This document shows, one piece after another, positions 31,018 through 43,600 of a stretch of DNA of 64,000 nt (position 1 is its first letter; the number at the start of each line of letters is the position of its first letter). The notes under the pieces were generated by a model. That model searched no databases, had not been told where the DNA came from, and saw only the letters and a list, made by a program, of their open reading frames with translations. The stretch covers positions 4,351,628-4,415,627 of the forward strand of contig OZ037771.1 in NCBI GenBank assembly GCA_964035545.1, written 5' to 3'. Origin of the DNA: Bugula neritina (lineage: Eukaryota > Animalia > Bryozoa). The translations under genes were made by a program, and so were the position numbers.

Positions 31018-34000
31018 CTATGGGCTATTACTGAAAGGAGTTAGCATGCAGTCATTATATTCCGCAGTGTAGATTCTGGATATCTGCAGCAAAATTGGAC
31101 CTACATCCGGGTCTTTTAACCAGTCCATCGCATTAGCACCATTCTCTAGCATATGCAGGAAAGCTGCATAAAAATAAAACAAATCAACTTTTTAGGCTGC
31201 AAAGTAAAAACATTGTACAGGTTTTACCAAATAATCGGGACGCACAACTTATGACAACACAGTACCCTCGGACTTGGATAATCGTCAGTTCTATGACTAT
31301 TGAAACACATTATTAAAACTGATAACTGAATACTGAATCTAATATCAAGTAGGTAATGTTGAAGTCAAATAAACTTGTACACAGCTCAATACATAACCAT
31401 AGACGCGTATTGATGGAGTTATCTCCCTTATTTCACCAACAGTGCTGGAATTCTGTAACCTTATGTTATGTTAACTCAGAAATAAGTAAACCGAAAATAT
31501 AATTATACAATACTTTAAGCAATTATGTTACTTTATTATAATATTTCGAATCAACAGTATAGTACTACTCTGGTTTCCTACAATTTGAGGTTGTTCTTAT
31601 TAGCTGGCACTAGGCATTTAATATATATTATGTAATAGTCTTCACTTTGAACCATAAATTTCTATTAAAAAAACATACACATTTATCTAGCAGTCCATGG
31701 CCCATGCTTCTAATGAACTTAATAAGCCAAAACTGTGATGACAATAAACAAGCATGTGTATTATTACCTAGTAAACATCTGGGGTTGCTAAGTCCAAGCT
31801 GCACGATTGGGTTCGTTATAATAGACTGATATATAGGTGCCGAGGGATCAATGCCATCCTCTAAGGCGTCGAGGGTGTGGTCACGACTATGGTCTCCTAG
31901 CAACCACTCGCAAGCATTCTCTTGATTATTATCTGTGATACGAAGAGCCTCCAAAACCTTGTCCTCTTCAAAGCCCATGTCGACTAGAGACCTCAGTGCC
32001 TATGAGAATAGAAAGTATTGGTGTATCATTAAAGACATGGAAACTAGTAGTTTGCTCCGGCGCCTGAATAGGTGCTAAGTTGTAAAGAATGCTTTTCTGC
32101 CAATTCTTTAAATAAAAAAATGGCATGTTTAATTAAATTGTTATTTTAAATGTTGGGCAAATAGTTAGAGTTTTTAAATAAATGTTGTGATAAAAAATTT
32201 AATTTTAAATTTTCTGCAAAAGTGAAACGTACAGAGGTTATGATTGACAACACTTTTACATATACAACATACGTTAGATAATATACGACATACATTACAT
32301 GTACAACATACATTACATATACAACATACATTACATGTACAACACACATTACATATACAATGTACGCAATATATATAACATATACAATATATACAATGTA
32401 CACAATATATATAACAAACACAATATATACAATATACGATGTTTAAATATGATATTGTTGCCTCAACTACTTTCTGATCGTTTAGATAGCGAAATGGGCA
32501 GAATGAAAAACATTATAAAACTGATATAACGTTACACATAGAGAGCATTAAGGAGGCAACAAATGAGATAATCTTACTATTAGATTTGGTTTAAACTTGC
32601 GCCGTTTGTATGCCCTGAAACTTTCCAGAATCGTCTGAGCTTTGCTTTGTCGTCTGCTAGCTGACTGGGAGGGCGAGTCAGCATCATTTGAAGAGCGGGA
32701 AGACATCTTAGGCCTCGTGGCGGCAGCGTCAACATTGAGCATTGACTGCGAAGTGTCATGATCAACAGCTGACAGCACGGAGAACGACTCTATTTGATTA
32801 ATCATACTGGTTTGTGATTGGCTAGGAGTGTGTTCCGGCGCCACTGATTGGCTCTCTGATACAGGGGCGGCATCCTCAGTTGGATGCAGTAATAACCACT
32901 CCATAGCTTCTTCAATAGACATCCTACAGTATAAAACATTACTTGGAACATCAGAAAACCCTCACGAGATGCTCACATAATACTGAATAATTAACCCACT
33001 AATAGAAATCCCTCAAGTATTTTATATATTCATTTTTTGAAATAATTGAAATTAAAAGCTTTTACTAAGCAATTGAATATCCCATTTAATGCCTATAGGT
33101 CTACTAACTATTATCTAACTTCATGCAAAATGAATTTGATCCTTAAATGTACTGAAAAGAAAGACACCAATTGATTTCATATTAGTCAGAGCAGCTGAAA
33201 TCATAAATACTGCAAGCAATTTTTACTAGAATGTAAAAAAGCAGTAAAAAACTGCAATTAAAACATTACCTAAATGAGTTGAATTAAAAATTAACAATGA
33301 AGTTATGGTATACAAAAAGTACTTATTAATTACATTGAGTAATTTTAGCCAGTTCAGCAAATACATCAAATTGCTGAAAAGTGAATAAAATGTTCTACAA
33401 CATAACGCAAAGTACATTTAACAAATGAAGAAAACATGAGTACAACAAGTAAAGAAGCGATTAACAAACAGCGCAAAACAAAAGTCCAATCAAACCTTTG
33501 TTTCAGTGCAGATGTTCCTAATAATCGGTTCAATCTAATCAACAGATAATAAGTCAAAATGCATAACAATTATGACTGAACGCAATCACGACACACGTTG
33601 CCATACAAGTAAAGCAAAATGAAAGTAAAATATAGTAACAGTTTTAGAATATGTGGATTAGCAGTCTTTCATTGACAATATTTTTTCCTTGTATCAGTGT
33701 TAATTAAAGAACTGAGGCTAACCTGGATTGCTTGAGGGCACGTATTGCTTGCTCCCTACTGAAGCCCATATCAGTTAGCTTAGCTACTGACTCGTCAGGT
33801 ATAGCCGGTTCTGCTACTGCATTGGTTGTACTCTCCTTAAATAATAAACAGGAAACGTATTTGATCATGTGACACAAATATTACAAAACTAATACTATTC
33901 TTGCATATTATAATGATATAGTTATATATAGTGAATAGTTATATATAGTGAATAGTTGTATATAGTGAATAGTTATATATAGTGAATATTTATATATAGT

Positions 34001-36060
34001 GAGTAGTTATATATAGTGAATAGTTATATATAGTGAATAGTTATAAATAGTGAATAGTTATATATAGTAGTACTAGCTGCTAGCCGGGAGACCTCTAAAC
34101 TTACTTGTGTCATAATTTCTTGGGCCTCCTTAAATATCTGTGCGGCTTCAGGATTCAGAGCTAGAATATTCTGAGCCGATTCCACTAGAGTGACTAGAAT
34201 TCGCTTCAAGTCTTTCTGAAACTGCAAAGAACGGTATGTTGAAGTTAATAAAGAGCAGCTAGCAGCAATTGAAACCCACTTACCAATAAGCATGTATAAA
34301 GGATAATACCAAATTAGTATTGAATGCAATATAAATATAAAATAAAAAATATGTATATATAAAATATAAATATAAAACAAATTTATAAAATAATTACTAG
34401 TAATATACTATTCAACATAAATTATAAGATTTCAATCATCAATGCTTCAACAATTTACAGATATTTATGAAAATTGTGGAGAATAAATTTGTGGTGTTTG
34501 GTAACGACTCACAGTCTCTGCCGAAACTGTGTCACGCTGCTTCTGTACCATCCCCTTTCTCGGCAGCTTCGCGGTGGCCTCTCTGATCCGAGAGAGATCT
34601 GGCGGTTTGGAGAGCATCTTGTCTCGGCTAGCGGCAGCACCGTAACGACTGAACCGAGACTCGTCTAGCCTCTTTTTCACCAACAAAAGTTCGCAGTCGC
34701 TAGTAATCTGGTATCAGTAAACAAAGCGGATGTTAACATTTATAGATTGATTGTGGTCACACGAAGAAGTATGTATTTGTAGAGAAATTTTCACCATGTT
34801 GTAGCGCTTTAAATGCTAGCAGGATATGCAGTAGAGTTGCTTATTATTACAATACAGAGCATATGATGAATCGTGAATATATGATGTCATGCAGATTTTC
34901 CAGCTGCCTGCTTACAAAACACAAACAACACAAAACACAACACAAGCTATAGATATACATATTAAATGGTTAGCTTTTAGCTCCAACCAAATTAAGTCAC
35001 CCGACTTCAAATAATAACACATACAAGGAAATAAAACGCAAAACGGGCGTAGCTACATATTACAAACCTGTTCATCAATAAGGCTAGCTTCATCTTTCAG
35101 AGTTTTAATGGAAACTGAATGTATGAGTTTAAAATACAGAGCTTTCTTAATGGTCTGTGGTTCTTGACCGCCACACTCGGCAGAATATAGCGCTTCTATA
35201 GCTTGACGCTTGATGTAGTGCACTCCCGCTGTAGATTCCACCTTTTAGCATGACGTAACCAAATATATTAATTTAAATGTGTTTACACGTGCCAGTAAAT
35301 TAACTGCAAACATGATATTTCTTACTTATGAAAACGGTTTTAAAATAAAATAAGCGTTTTTATACAGCTGGGCTGAGGTTTTGCCCGAGTTAGTTGCCAT
35401 CTTTATAACAAAATTAAAACTAAACTTAATGGTCTACTACCTGGGTAGAGTTTTACATATTTTATAATAAAATGCTTGATCTCTCATTTTTTCATTTTCA
35501 TAGTTATATTTACAATAATGATGGAACTGCAAGAAAAGCATGGTCTATAGCAAGCACTTTCCGCCTAAAAGGACAGAGTAAAGGCAAGTGCAAGCAGCAT
35601 GTAAAATGAATTTGACGGAAACCATTAAAATATTCATAACAAGCTTGCAGTTAGTCACATGTCTTAAGTAATTAAAGAGAAGAGGGTCCCATCAATAGAA
35701 CAAAGCAGAAAACTGCTAATCACCTAAATGTAAGGTGACAGTATTCAAACGAGTTTGATATTTTTAAACGCTAATGAATTATGTACAACACTTTCATACT
35801 GCTAAAAACTTAGGCTTTATTAGAAACCAAATTTTAGATAGAGGCCAAAAAATTACTTGTTTCGTGATAATTATGCTGATAAATATATTCATTACACAAT
35901 ATTAATAAAACAGGCGCTTTAGATAAAATAGTCACAAATGACAATAGCAAGCTGGTATGTTAGTTCATGTAACACAACAACGTAGACACCCTACCGTGAG
36001 ATGGCATCTTTTTCCTTGCGAAGTAATTATACAGAGTTTCACTGTTTGTGGAACCAACAT
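31018..36060 (-). CDS. UBAC1: Ubiquitin-associated domain-containing protein 1 (KPC2; UBL-UBA-UBA-STI1)
   Basis: Exons (minus): 35995-36060 (MLVPQTVKLCIITSQGKRCHLT), 35068-35241, 34513-34707, 34105-34221, 33723-33835, 32578-32923, 31768-31999, 31018-31163. Motifs KLIHSVS..LLLVKKR, FQKDLKRILVTLVESAQNILALNPEA, two UBA motifs (LTDMGFSREQAIRAL; LVDMGFEEDKVLEALR..ACEWLLGD), and NPIVQLGLSNPRCLLAF...GPILLQISRIY. Confidence 0.95.
32260..32436. repeat. Degenerate 9/18-bp minisatellite (ACATACATTACATATACA-like) in UBAC1 intron
   Basis: Direct inspection. Confidence 0.75.
33916..34067. repeat. 17-bp minisatellite (ATATAGTGAATAGTTAT)n in UBAC1 intron
   Basis: About 8 near-identical units. Confidence 0.9.
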
Positions 36061-36264
36061 CACTTTTTAGAATCTGATAAAACAATACACCTGTATCATT
36101 CATATGTATACATTGTAACTCTTTCTGCCCAATAAATAATTCATTGCTGATAGTTATACTTATAGTCATTTGCTATTTACTTTTATTATCAAAAGATAAA
36201 TAAATAATTGTCTAGTATAACGAATATTATAAAAGTAAGTTTCAAATTATATTAAGCAAATAAG

Positions 36265-36855
36265 TGTCACTGTAACTGTAAGCATAACTACAAGCTTAAG
36301 CCTAATAATCATAATGATCATGATAATCATAGTATTAGTAACACTAATACTAATAGTAATATTAATAATCCTAATGACTATTAGTATTATTAAGATGATT
36401 ATAATAATGATAACCATGATAAAATTTAATGTTGATTATTTCTACTTGATAAAATTAAAAATAATTTATGAAAGTTGAACTTAAACTTAAGGAAAAAAAT
36501 ACTCATACTAATTTGATAATTATAATAACAATTGACTTTGAGTAATACCAATACTATAGTAATAGTAATAAGTTTAGTAATACTAATACTAATAGTATTA
36601 GTAATACTAATAGTAATAGTATTACTAATAGTAATAGTAATAGTAATAGTAATACTAATACTTAATGATAATAGCAATACTAAGTCTAATAGTAATACTA
36701 ATACTAATAGTAATACTAACACTAATAGTAATACTAATACTAATAGTAATAGTAGTAATAGTAATACTAATAGTAATAGTTACTTAGTTATTATTATTAT
36801 ACTTATACATATTGATATAGTATTATTATTACTATTAGTATTAGTATTACTAATT
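36265..36855. repeat. Degenerate (AGTAAT/ACTAAT)n tract in UBAC1 5' intron
   Basis: Direct inspection. Confidence 0.85.
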
Positions 36856-36859
36856 AAAG

Positions 36860-37320
36860 TTCTAAGACAAAATTTATAAGCAAAACCTTCCAATAACATC
36901 AACAACTTGCCCAATCCTAATGAAAATTATAACGATAATATATAATATTTATATTGATATTATATAATATATGACCTGGTCAAGGTTACAATACCAAACA
37001 ATAATGTTGTAGCCTTATGCATTGACGTAAGGTAATAATACAGAAGAGATCATGTATAGCGGATGTTTATATCCGTAGGCACGCAAGCGTAAAGCGGGTA
37101 GTTTAAAGCAAAGCTCTCACTCTCAGTAGCCAGAGCTTGCAGTTGCAGTGCTCTGGGTTAAAAGTAAAACCCTGGAAGTTTTAGTGAAACTGTAAACTTA
37201 GTTCAATGCATTAAGCTTAGCATAGACTGTAATTTATAGCCACGATATTCAAGGAATTAGAATAATTATCATTATTAGCAGTTACTGTAAACTTGTATAA
37301 GTGTAGCACTTACTGCTTAG
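36860..37320. promoter_or_regulatory. Likely bidirectional promoter of UBAC1 and PIBF1
   Basis: The two start codons diverge about 1.6 kb apart. Each ATG exon is preceded by a splice acceptor, so the first exons must lie between them. The core has a CRE-like TGACGTAA (37023-37030) and several CpGs (37059-37097), and is flanked on both sides by low-complexity tracts. Confidence 0.6.
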
Positions 37321-37327
37321 ACTCTAA

Positions 37328-37628
37328 GTTAGTAATACTAATACTAATAGTAATACTCAGTAATACTTATACTAATAGTAATAGTAATAGTAATACTAAT
37401 AGTAATACTAGTAATAGTAATACCCAGTATTACTATGTCTATTACTATTAGTATTACTATTACTATTAGTAATACAAATACTGAAATAGTATTACTATAA
37501 GTATAAGTATAACTGTTAGTATTACTATTAGTAATAATATTACTATTAGTGTATTGCTATCACTATTACTATTAGTATTAGTATTTGTATTAGTAATAAA
37601 TAGTATTACTATCAGTATTAGTATTAGC
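37328..37628. repeat. Degenerate (AGTAAT)n switching to (ATTACT)n tract in PIBF1 5' intron
   Basis: Direct inspection; orientation flips near 37425. Confidence 0.85.
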
Positions 37629-37694
37629 GATGTTTAAAAATAAACAGGAAAACTAACTGTAATACTAATTGCTAGTTTATTATAACTTCAGAAT

Positions 37695-40600
37695 ATGGAT
37701 GCAGCCGGAGATGAGGCCCAGCTGGAAGACAGTATTGCTAGTAGCATACCAACTGATCTTTCAATTAGTGAGATTTCAGATTTGAAAGTACAGCCTTCCT
37801 TATCTACAAAAAAGTCTTCTATCCTCAAAACCAAAAAACAGCAGCAAAAAGAAAAAGATAAGATTTCTAAACAACTTTTAGAAAAGAAGCAGTTAGAACA
37901 TGATCTACAACTTGTCAGAATCGAGCTGAATCAGAAAGAGTATTTGTTAGAAAATTTGAAAACTGAATACAAAATGAAAATTGAAGACCTTGAAGAAAAG
38001 TTAACTCAGTATAAACAACAAAAGAAGTTTCTGATTGCTAAAACTGAAAGCCAGCTTGCACTCCAACAGGTTTTGTTACTTATCATAAAACTAATGCAAT
38101 CGGTTTTTTGTTGCAAAGATGTAATTTTGATACTTAATTACTGGCATTTGAATTTCATGCTGTACATTTAATTTTCTGTGACACTATTTTTATACAACTT
38201 CAAAAAAGAAACTTTTTATTCAGGATGAATCGAAGCGTAAACAAGAACGTCTTCAAGCTGACCTGTCTGTTATAAAAGTAAAATTGCGCGAACTTGAAAG
38301 TCAAAATGATAAGCTGACCAGCAAATCGCTAGATGTAAAGCAGCAGCTGAAGGAGCATGTTGATGTTAGTGAGGAGGTGTATTATGAGCTTAGGGGATCG
38401 GCCGACGAGATGCTCTCTGTGAAAGACTTGGTGGCAGTAAGCTGGCTATATTTTGCTTTTTTTATTATTTTCTCGCTTAAATTTAGTTGTTCCGCTACAA
38501 CTATTTGTATGAAGCTAAGTGCCTTATGCTATTTAAGTGACTAGCTGTTGTGTACTTGCTTTTAGATGAGAATATTTGAGGCTCTGAGGCCATATAAAAT
38601 TGAGTTAGATGAAGTGAAGGCGAGATGTGAAAGGCTCTCTACTAATCTAACAGAATCTGAGGATAGAGCTAGCTTATTGAAACAGGTATTTCATACTTTG
38701 TGTGCTCCATTTTAGTGCATTTGTAACATACTGGTTTACTGGGATAAAAACTTTTGATGATTACCTCACTTTATCTCTTTTACTATTTTGCATTTTTAAG
38801 AATCTAATTCTATCTATATATAGTTTAGTTATAATGTGACTGCAGTTATAGAATAATAATTCTTGTCTAGCGTAACATGGTGTGGTGGTCATAGTATGGT
38901 AGTAGTTATAGTGCAGTAGTAGTTATAGTATGGTAGTAGTTATAGTATGGTAGTAGTTATAGTATGGTAGTAGTTATAGTATTGTAGTAGTTATAGTACG
39001 GTAGTAGTTATAGTACAGTAGTAGTTATAGTATGGTAGTAGTTATAGTATGGTAGTAGTTGTAGTATGGTAGTAGTTATAGTACGGTAGTAGTTATAGTA
39101 TGGTAGTAGTTATAGTATGGTATTAGTTATAGTATGGTAATAGTTGTAGTACGGTAGTAGTTATAGTATGGTAGTAGTTGTAGTATGGTAGTAGTTATAG
39201 TATGGTAGTAGTTATAGTATGGTAGTAGTTGTAGTACGGTAGTAGTTATAGTATGGTAGTAGTTGTAGTATGGTAGTAGTTATAGTACGGTAATAGTTGT
39301 AGTACGGTAGTAGTTATAGTATGGTAGTAGTTGTAGTATGGTAGTAGTTATAGTATGGTAGTAGTTATAGTATGGTAATAGTTGTAGTACGGTAGTAGTT
39401 GTAGTACGGTAGTAGTTATAGTATGGTAGTAGTTATAGTATGGTAATAGTTGTAGTACGGTAGTAGTTATAGTATGGTAGTAGTTATAGTATGGTAGTAG
39501 CTATAGTATGGTAGTAGTTATAGTATGGTAGTAGTTATAGTATGGTATTAGTTATAGTACAGTAGTAGTTATAGTATGGTACTAGTTGTAGTACGGTAGT
39601 AGTTATAGTATGGTAGTAGTTATAGTATGGTAATAGTTGTAGTACGGTAGTAGTTGTAGTACGGTAGTAGTTATAGTATGGTAGTAGTTATAGTGAGGTA
39701 GTAGTTATAGTACATTGGTGATATTTGCAGGAGTTGGAAGAGGAAAGACAGCAAAGCTCTGTCACTCAGATTAAGTTGACTCGGCTGATCACAGAATCCC
39801 AAGATCTGGAGGCGAAAGCATCAAGTAAAGATTATCGCATAAACAACTATGATAGAATTAACAAGTAAGTTAGTGTCATTCAAATACTCCATCGGTTCAT
39901 TGCTACATGGGAATTAGATGAATTTACTTTTTTATTTATATTACATTCGTTATATTTGTACCAATTGCTATTAGTATTCATAATTTAGCAATTAAATCAT
40001 TAAATTATGTGATAGTAAGTACTGATGAAATGGAGATTTGGACATTCAACTTTGTTGTCTTTTGTATAAGCAGCTGCAATGTGCCGATTTTATTTCCTAG
40101 GTTTATATTTCTACCTACCCGTCTTGTCTATAGTAACTAGGTCATTTTACTTAATTTAGTACACACTGGAAATCTCCAGTTTTTAGCTATTTTTTACAAT
40201 TTAGCTGCTAATGAACATGGGTTTTTGCCCAAAACTAGTAAAATATGAATGAACACACCTAAATAATCAAGGTTTGTCTTAATTTTGCTTGATTTCCCAT
40301 GGTTTTTCCTAATTATTCAGCAATTTTTGATTGCAGAGTGTTATGAAAAAACCATAACTGTCCAAAATCAAAAGTAGCTGAATAATTAGAAAAAACATGG
40401 GAAATCAAGCAAAATTAAGACGAACCTTGATTATTTAGGTGTGTTCATTCATATTTTACTAGTTTTGGGCAAAAACCCATGTTCATTAGCAGCTAAATTG
40501 TAAAAAAATAGCTAAAAACTGGAGATTTCCGGTGTGTACTAAATTAAGTAAAATGACCCAACTGTATTTCCTCTATCTACTCCGTATTTATTGTGCAGGG

Positions 40601-43600
40601 AAAGAGATGATCTTGAAAAGCAAGTCACCGAGCTGAAAGATCGTAACACTGTTTTGGAGAGAGACTTCACAGCTACATCAAGAGATAAGAAGCACTACGA
40701 ACAGGAAGTAAGCACTCTTTAGGTGTTGTGAAATAATTCCCTTTATTTATGTGAGCTGTACTGATGATATTTGGAGTTGTCTGTCAAACTGATTACTAGT
40801 TGATCTAGTGTTGGGTTATTTTTACTCATCATTCTGATTATTGTTCCTTCAGCTTATGCAGGTATGACGAAACTTTAATTTCATATATTATTTTCTTATG
40901 TATTATGAGTTTTATTGGTTTTATTTTGAGTTTCTCATCTGCCATCTGCTACTTTCCACTCAATATAAGTAAACTTCAATCAAATTCTCTTAAAAGTAGC
41001 TCCAACTAAGATACTATGTATAAGTGTGACCCAGATTTCTGATCTATATTATTTACTTTCCATTTATGGTTCTATCTTTATTGTATATTATTTTGTTAGA
41101 TCAATGATAATATTTAGTTTACACCTGTTGAGCCCAACAGCTTGCAAGTTATTTGTATTAAAATAGCTGAGGCGGTTTGCTGGCGTTTCCACCCATTTTT
41201 TCTCAACCGGAAGTTCTACTTTTAAGGCACTGGCTAAAGTACGATGGATGTTTTCTATGTTGGAGTTATCTATCGGCTTTTTTCAGCCCGCCCTGTAAAA
41301 CCTGCTCGGTCACATTGACTTGATGCGATAATTATAATTAAAATGCTTGCAGTTTTCATCAACCAAGTCAGCGCTGACTCTGATCAACCAGGACAAGGAC
41401 TACCTGACCAGACAGGTGTGTGAGCTCACCAACAAGCTGGCGTACTCAGAGGAGAGGCTGCAGAGACTCACCGCTGAGGTGGACGAGGTGAAGAGAGCCA
41501 GGGAGGAGCTGTTTGAGAAATACGTTTCTTCAAGGTGAGCTTCCTGACATCCATCGTGCAGTTACAACTCTTTGGGAGTCATACTCCCTGGTCACTCAAG
41601 TTTCTCTCCCCTATCGGATCTGAATTGTGTAGTTGCAGCCCCCTGTATACAAATATTCATACACAACTGCTCTACTGAATAAACTTTTCCGGCAAGTTCT
41701 ACCTAAGCTGTTCTATGTATTCATAGGATTATGCTATCTTTCTGGCATTACTAACGATACTTAGCAGTAGTCATGCCCTCCTGACCTCTCAAGTTTATCT
41801 GCTCTATCAGGTCTGAATAAGACCATGAGCTCTACAGTCCATATGTTTCTTCCTATTGTTAGAGATCAATATAAGACTCAGTACGAGCAGCAGCTGCAGG
41901 CGGAGTTGAAGATGATGTCTGCCTCTACACAAGAGGAAGTAGAAAAACTGAGGTCTACGACTAAGGCTATGTATGAGATGGAGGCTCGAAGTCTTAGAGA
42001 AAGTAGAGATATGGCTATAGCCGAACGGGACAAAGCTTTAGCCCAAGAAGCTGATTTGCAAACGAAGTACCACAAGCTAAACGATGAGTCAGTAAATTCA
42101 AGCTAGTTCTCTGTAGTTTCTAATGAAAAGTTGCACAGGCTGCACGAGTCCTCCAGCGTACCCACTACTGTCCTCGTTGCTTGTAGATACAGACAAGATA
42201 AGGTCAACTCCGACACTCAGCTGTCTGAGTTACGCAGTCAAGTCAAGATGGCCGAGTACGAGAAATCGAGGGCTCAGCTGCTTCAGGAGGAAACGAGTAA
42301 ATCTGTGAAGGAGTTTCAAGTTGAGAACGAGAAGCTGCTGAAAAAGCTGGAGGTCAGTTTAGAAAGAGTGTTGACGTGTAACTATTATAGGGCATCTCTT
42401 TAACTTCATGCCCGCTCTGTAATGGCAATCTAATGATTGATTTATTCGTCCAAGTTTACCGCTCATTTGCTTGCTGTGTGTTGTGAGTGGATTTTTGAGT
42501 ACAATCTCAGAGTTGTTTTACCAGTGGAGCACTTTTGTACCTCTCTCTGCCATGAGCATCTGTGCATCTGAGAAAGGAATTCTGAGTTGAATAGAACATA
42601 TTTTTTGTCGAATGCGTTGTGTAAGGTTAAATGGTGCATTTTTGTCTCGAGTTACATAATATATTTTTACTGTGTAGACAATTCTATGTTAGTTGGACCA
42701 TGTAAATCTCAAACTCTCTAGTTATACAAAAAATATTGAGGGACGAGAATAATATTACAGTTCTTTGATGTGCTACAATTATAGTTTTAGAAATTGATAA
42801 AGTTATTAGTGTGGAAGAAAAAAAAAGCAACTCATAATTGAATAAGTTTTGTGGGCAACGCAGGTTCAGTTTCAAGAGCATTTGAACTTCTTTAAATACC
42901 TATACCTAATCTAGTAACAACAGCGAATAAAACTAATTTTGCCACTCAAATGCTTTCGTGTAGTTGTGCTTGAAATAAATGGCATTTCCTCGCTAAATAG
43001 AGTAGCCTCTGTATGACCGCAGTAAATGTGTCTAACGGGATGTGTAGGTGGCTAACAAGGAGTACTATAGCATGGAGATGAGGTTCTCCCGCAAGTGCAG
43101 TGACAGTGAGAGTAAAATCAACGAGTACCAGACCAGACTGCAGGCCTATGAGAATATTGAAAAGGAGTTGGATGAAGTGATAATGCAGGCAGCAGAGGGT
43201 AAGCTGTGGTCACTCAATATCTGTATGTAGGTCACTCAATATCTGTATGTAGATCACTTAGTATGTAGATCACTCAGTATCTATATGTAGGTCACTTGAT
43301 ATCTATATGGGGGTCACTTAGTATTTATATGTAGGTCACCTAAAACCTGTATGTAGGTCACTCAATATATGTATGTATGTCAATGAATATTAGTCTTATG
43401 TAGTTCCAGAATACTTTAAAGACATTTTAAGCACATTTTAATATAAACACTTGTGAATTGATGACCTAACGTTAGCAAATGTTGAATAAGAGCAAAGTGC
43501 ATTGTATGAGGTTAAATGGTATCTGAATGATACATTTTTGATCAGTGTAGGATGTGGTTTTGCAGTTTACAAATCAGTAAGATTCCCAATAATAAAAATA

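Noticed and set aside
35960-36169. ORF-track frame as the UBAC1 N-terminus
   Set aside because: The frame starting at ATG 36060 (MLVPQTVKLCIITSQG) splices in phase and fits the UBL beta-strand pattern better.
36426-36879. Hydrophobic and Asn-rich ORFs on both strands
   Set aside because: Products of the hexamer-periodic tract in the UBAC1 5' intron.
38890-39712. Regular repeat array resembling CRISPR
   Set aside because: Head-to-tail units without unique spacers, inside a eukaryotic intron, with no cas genes.
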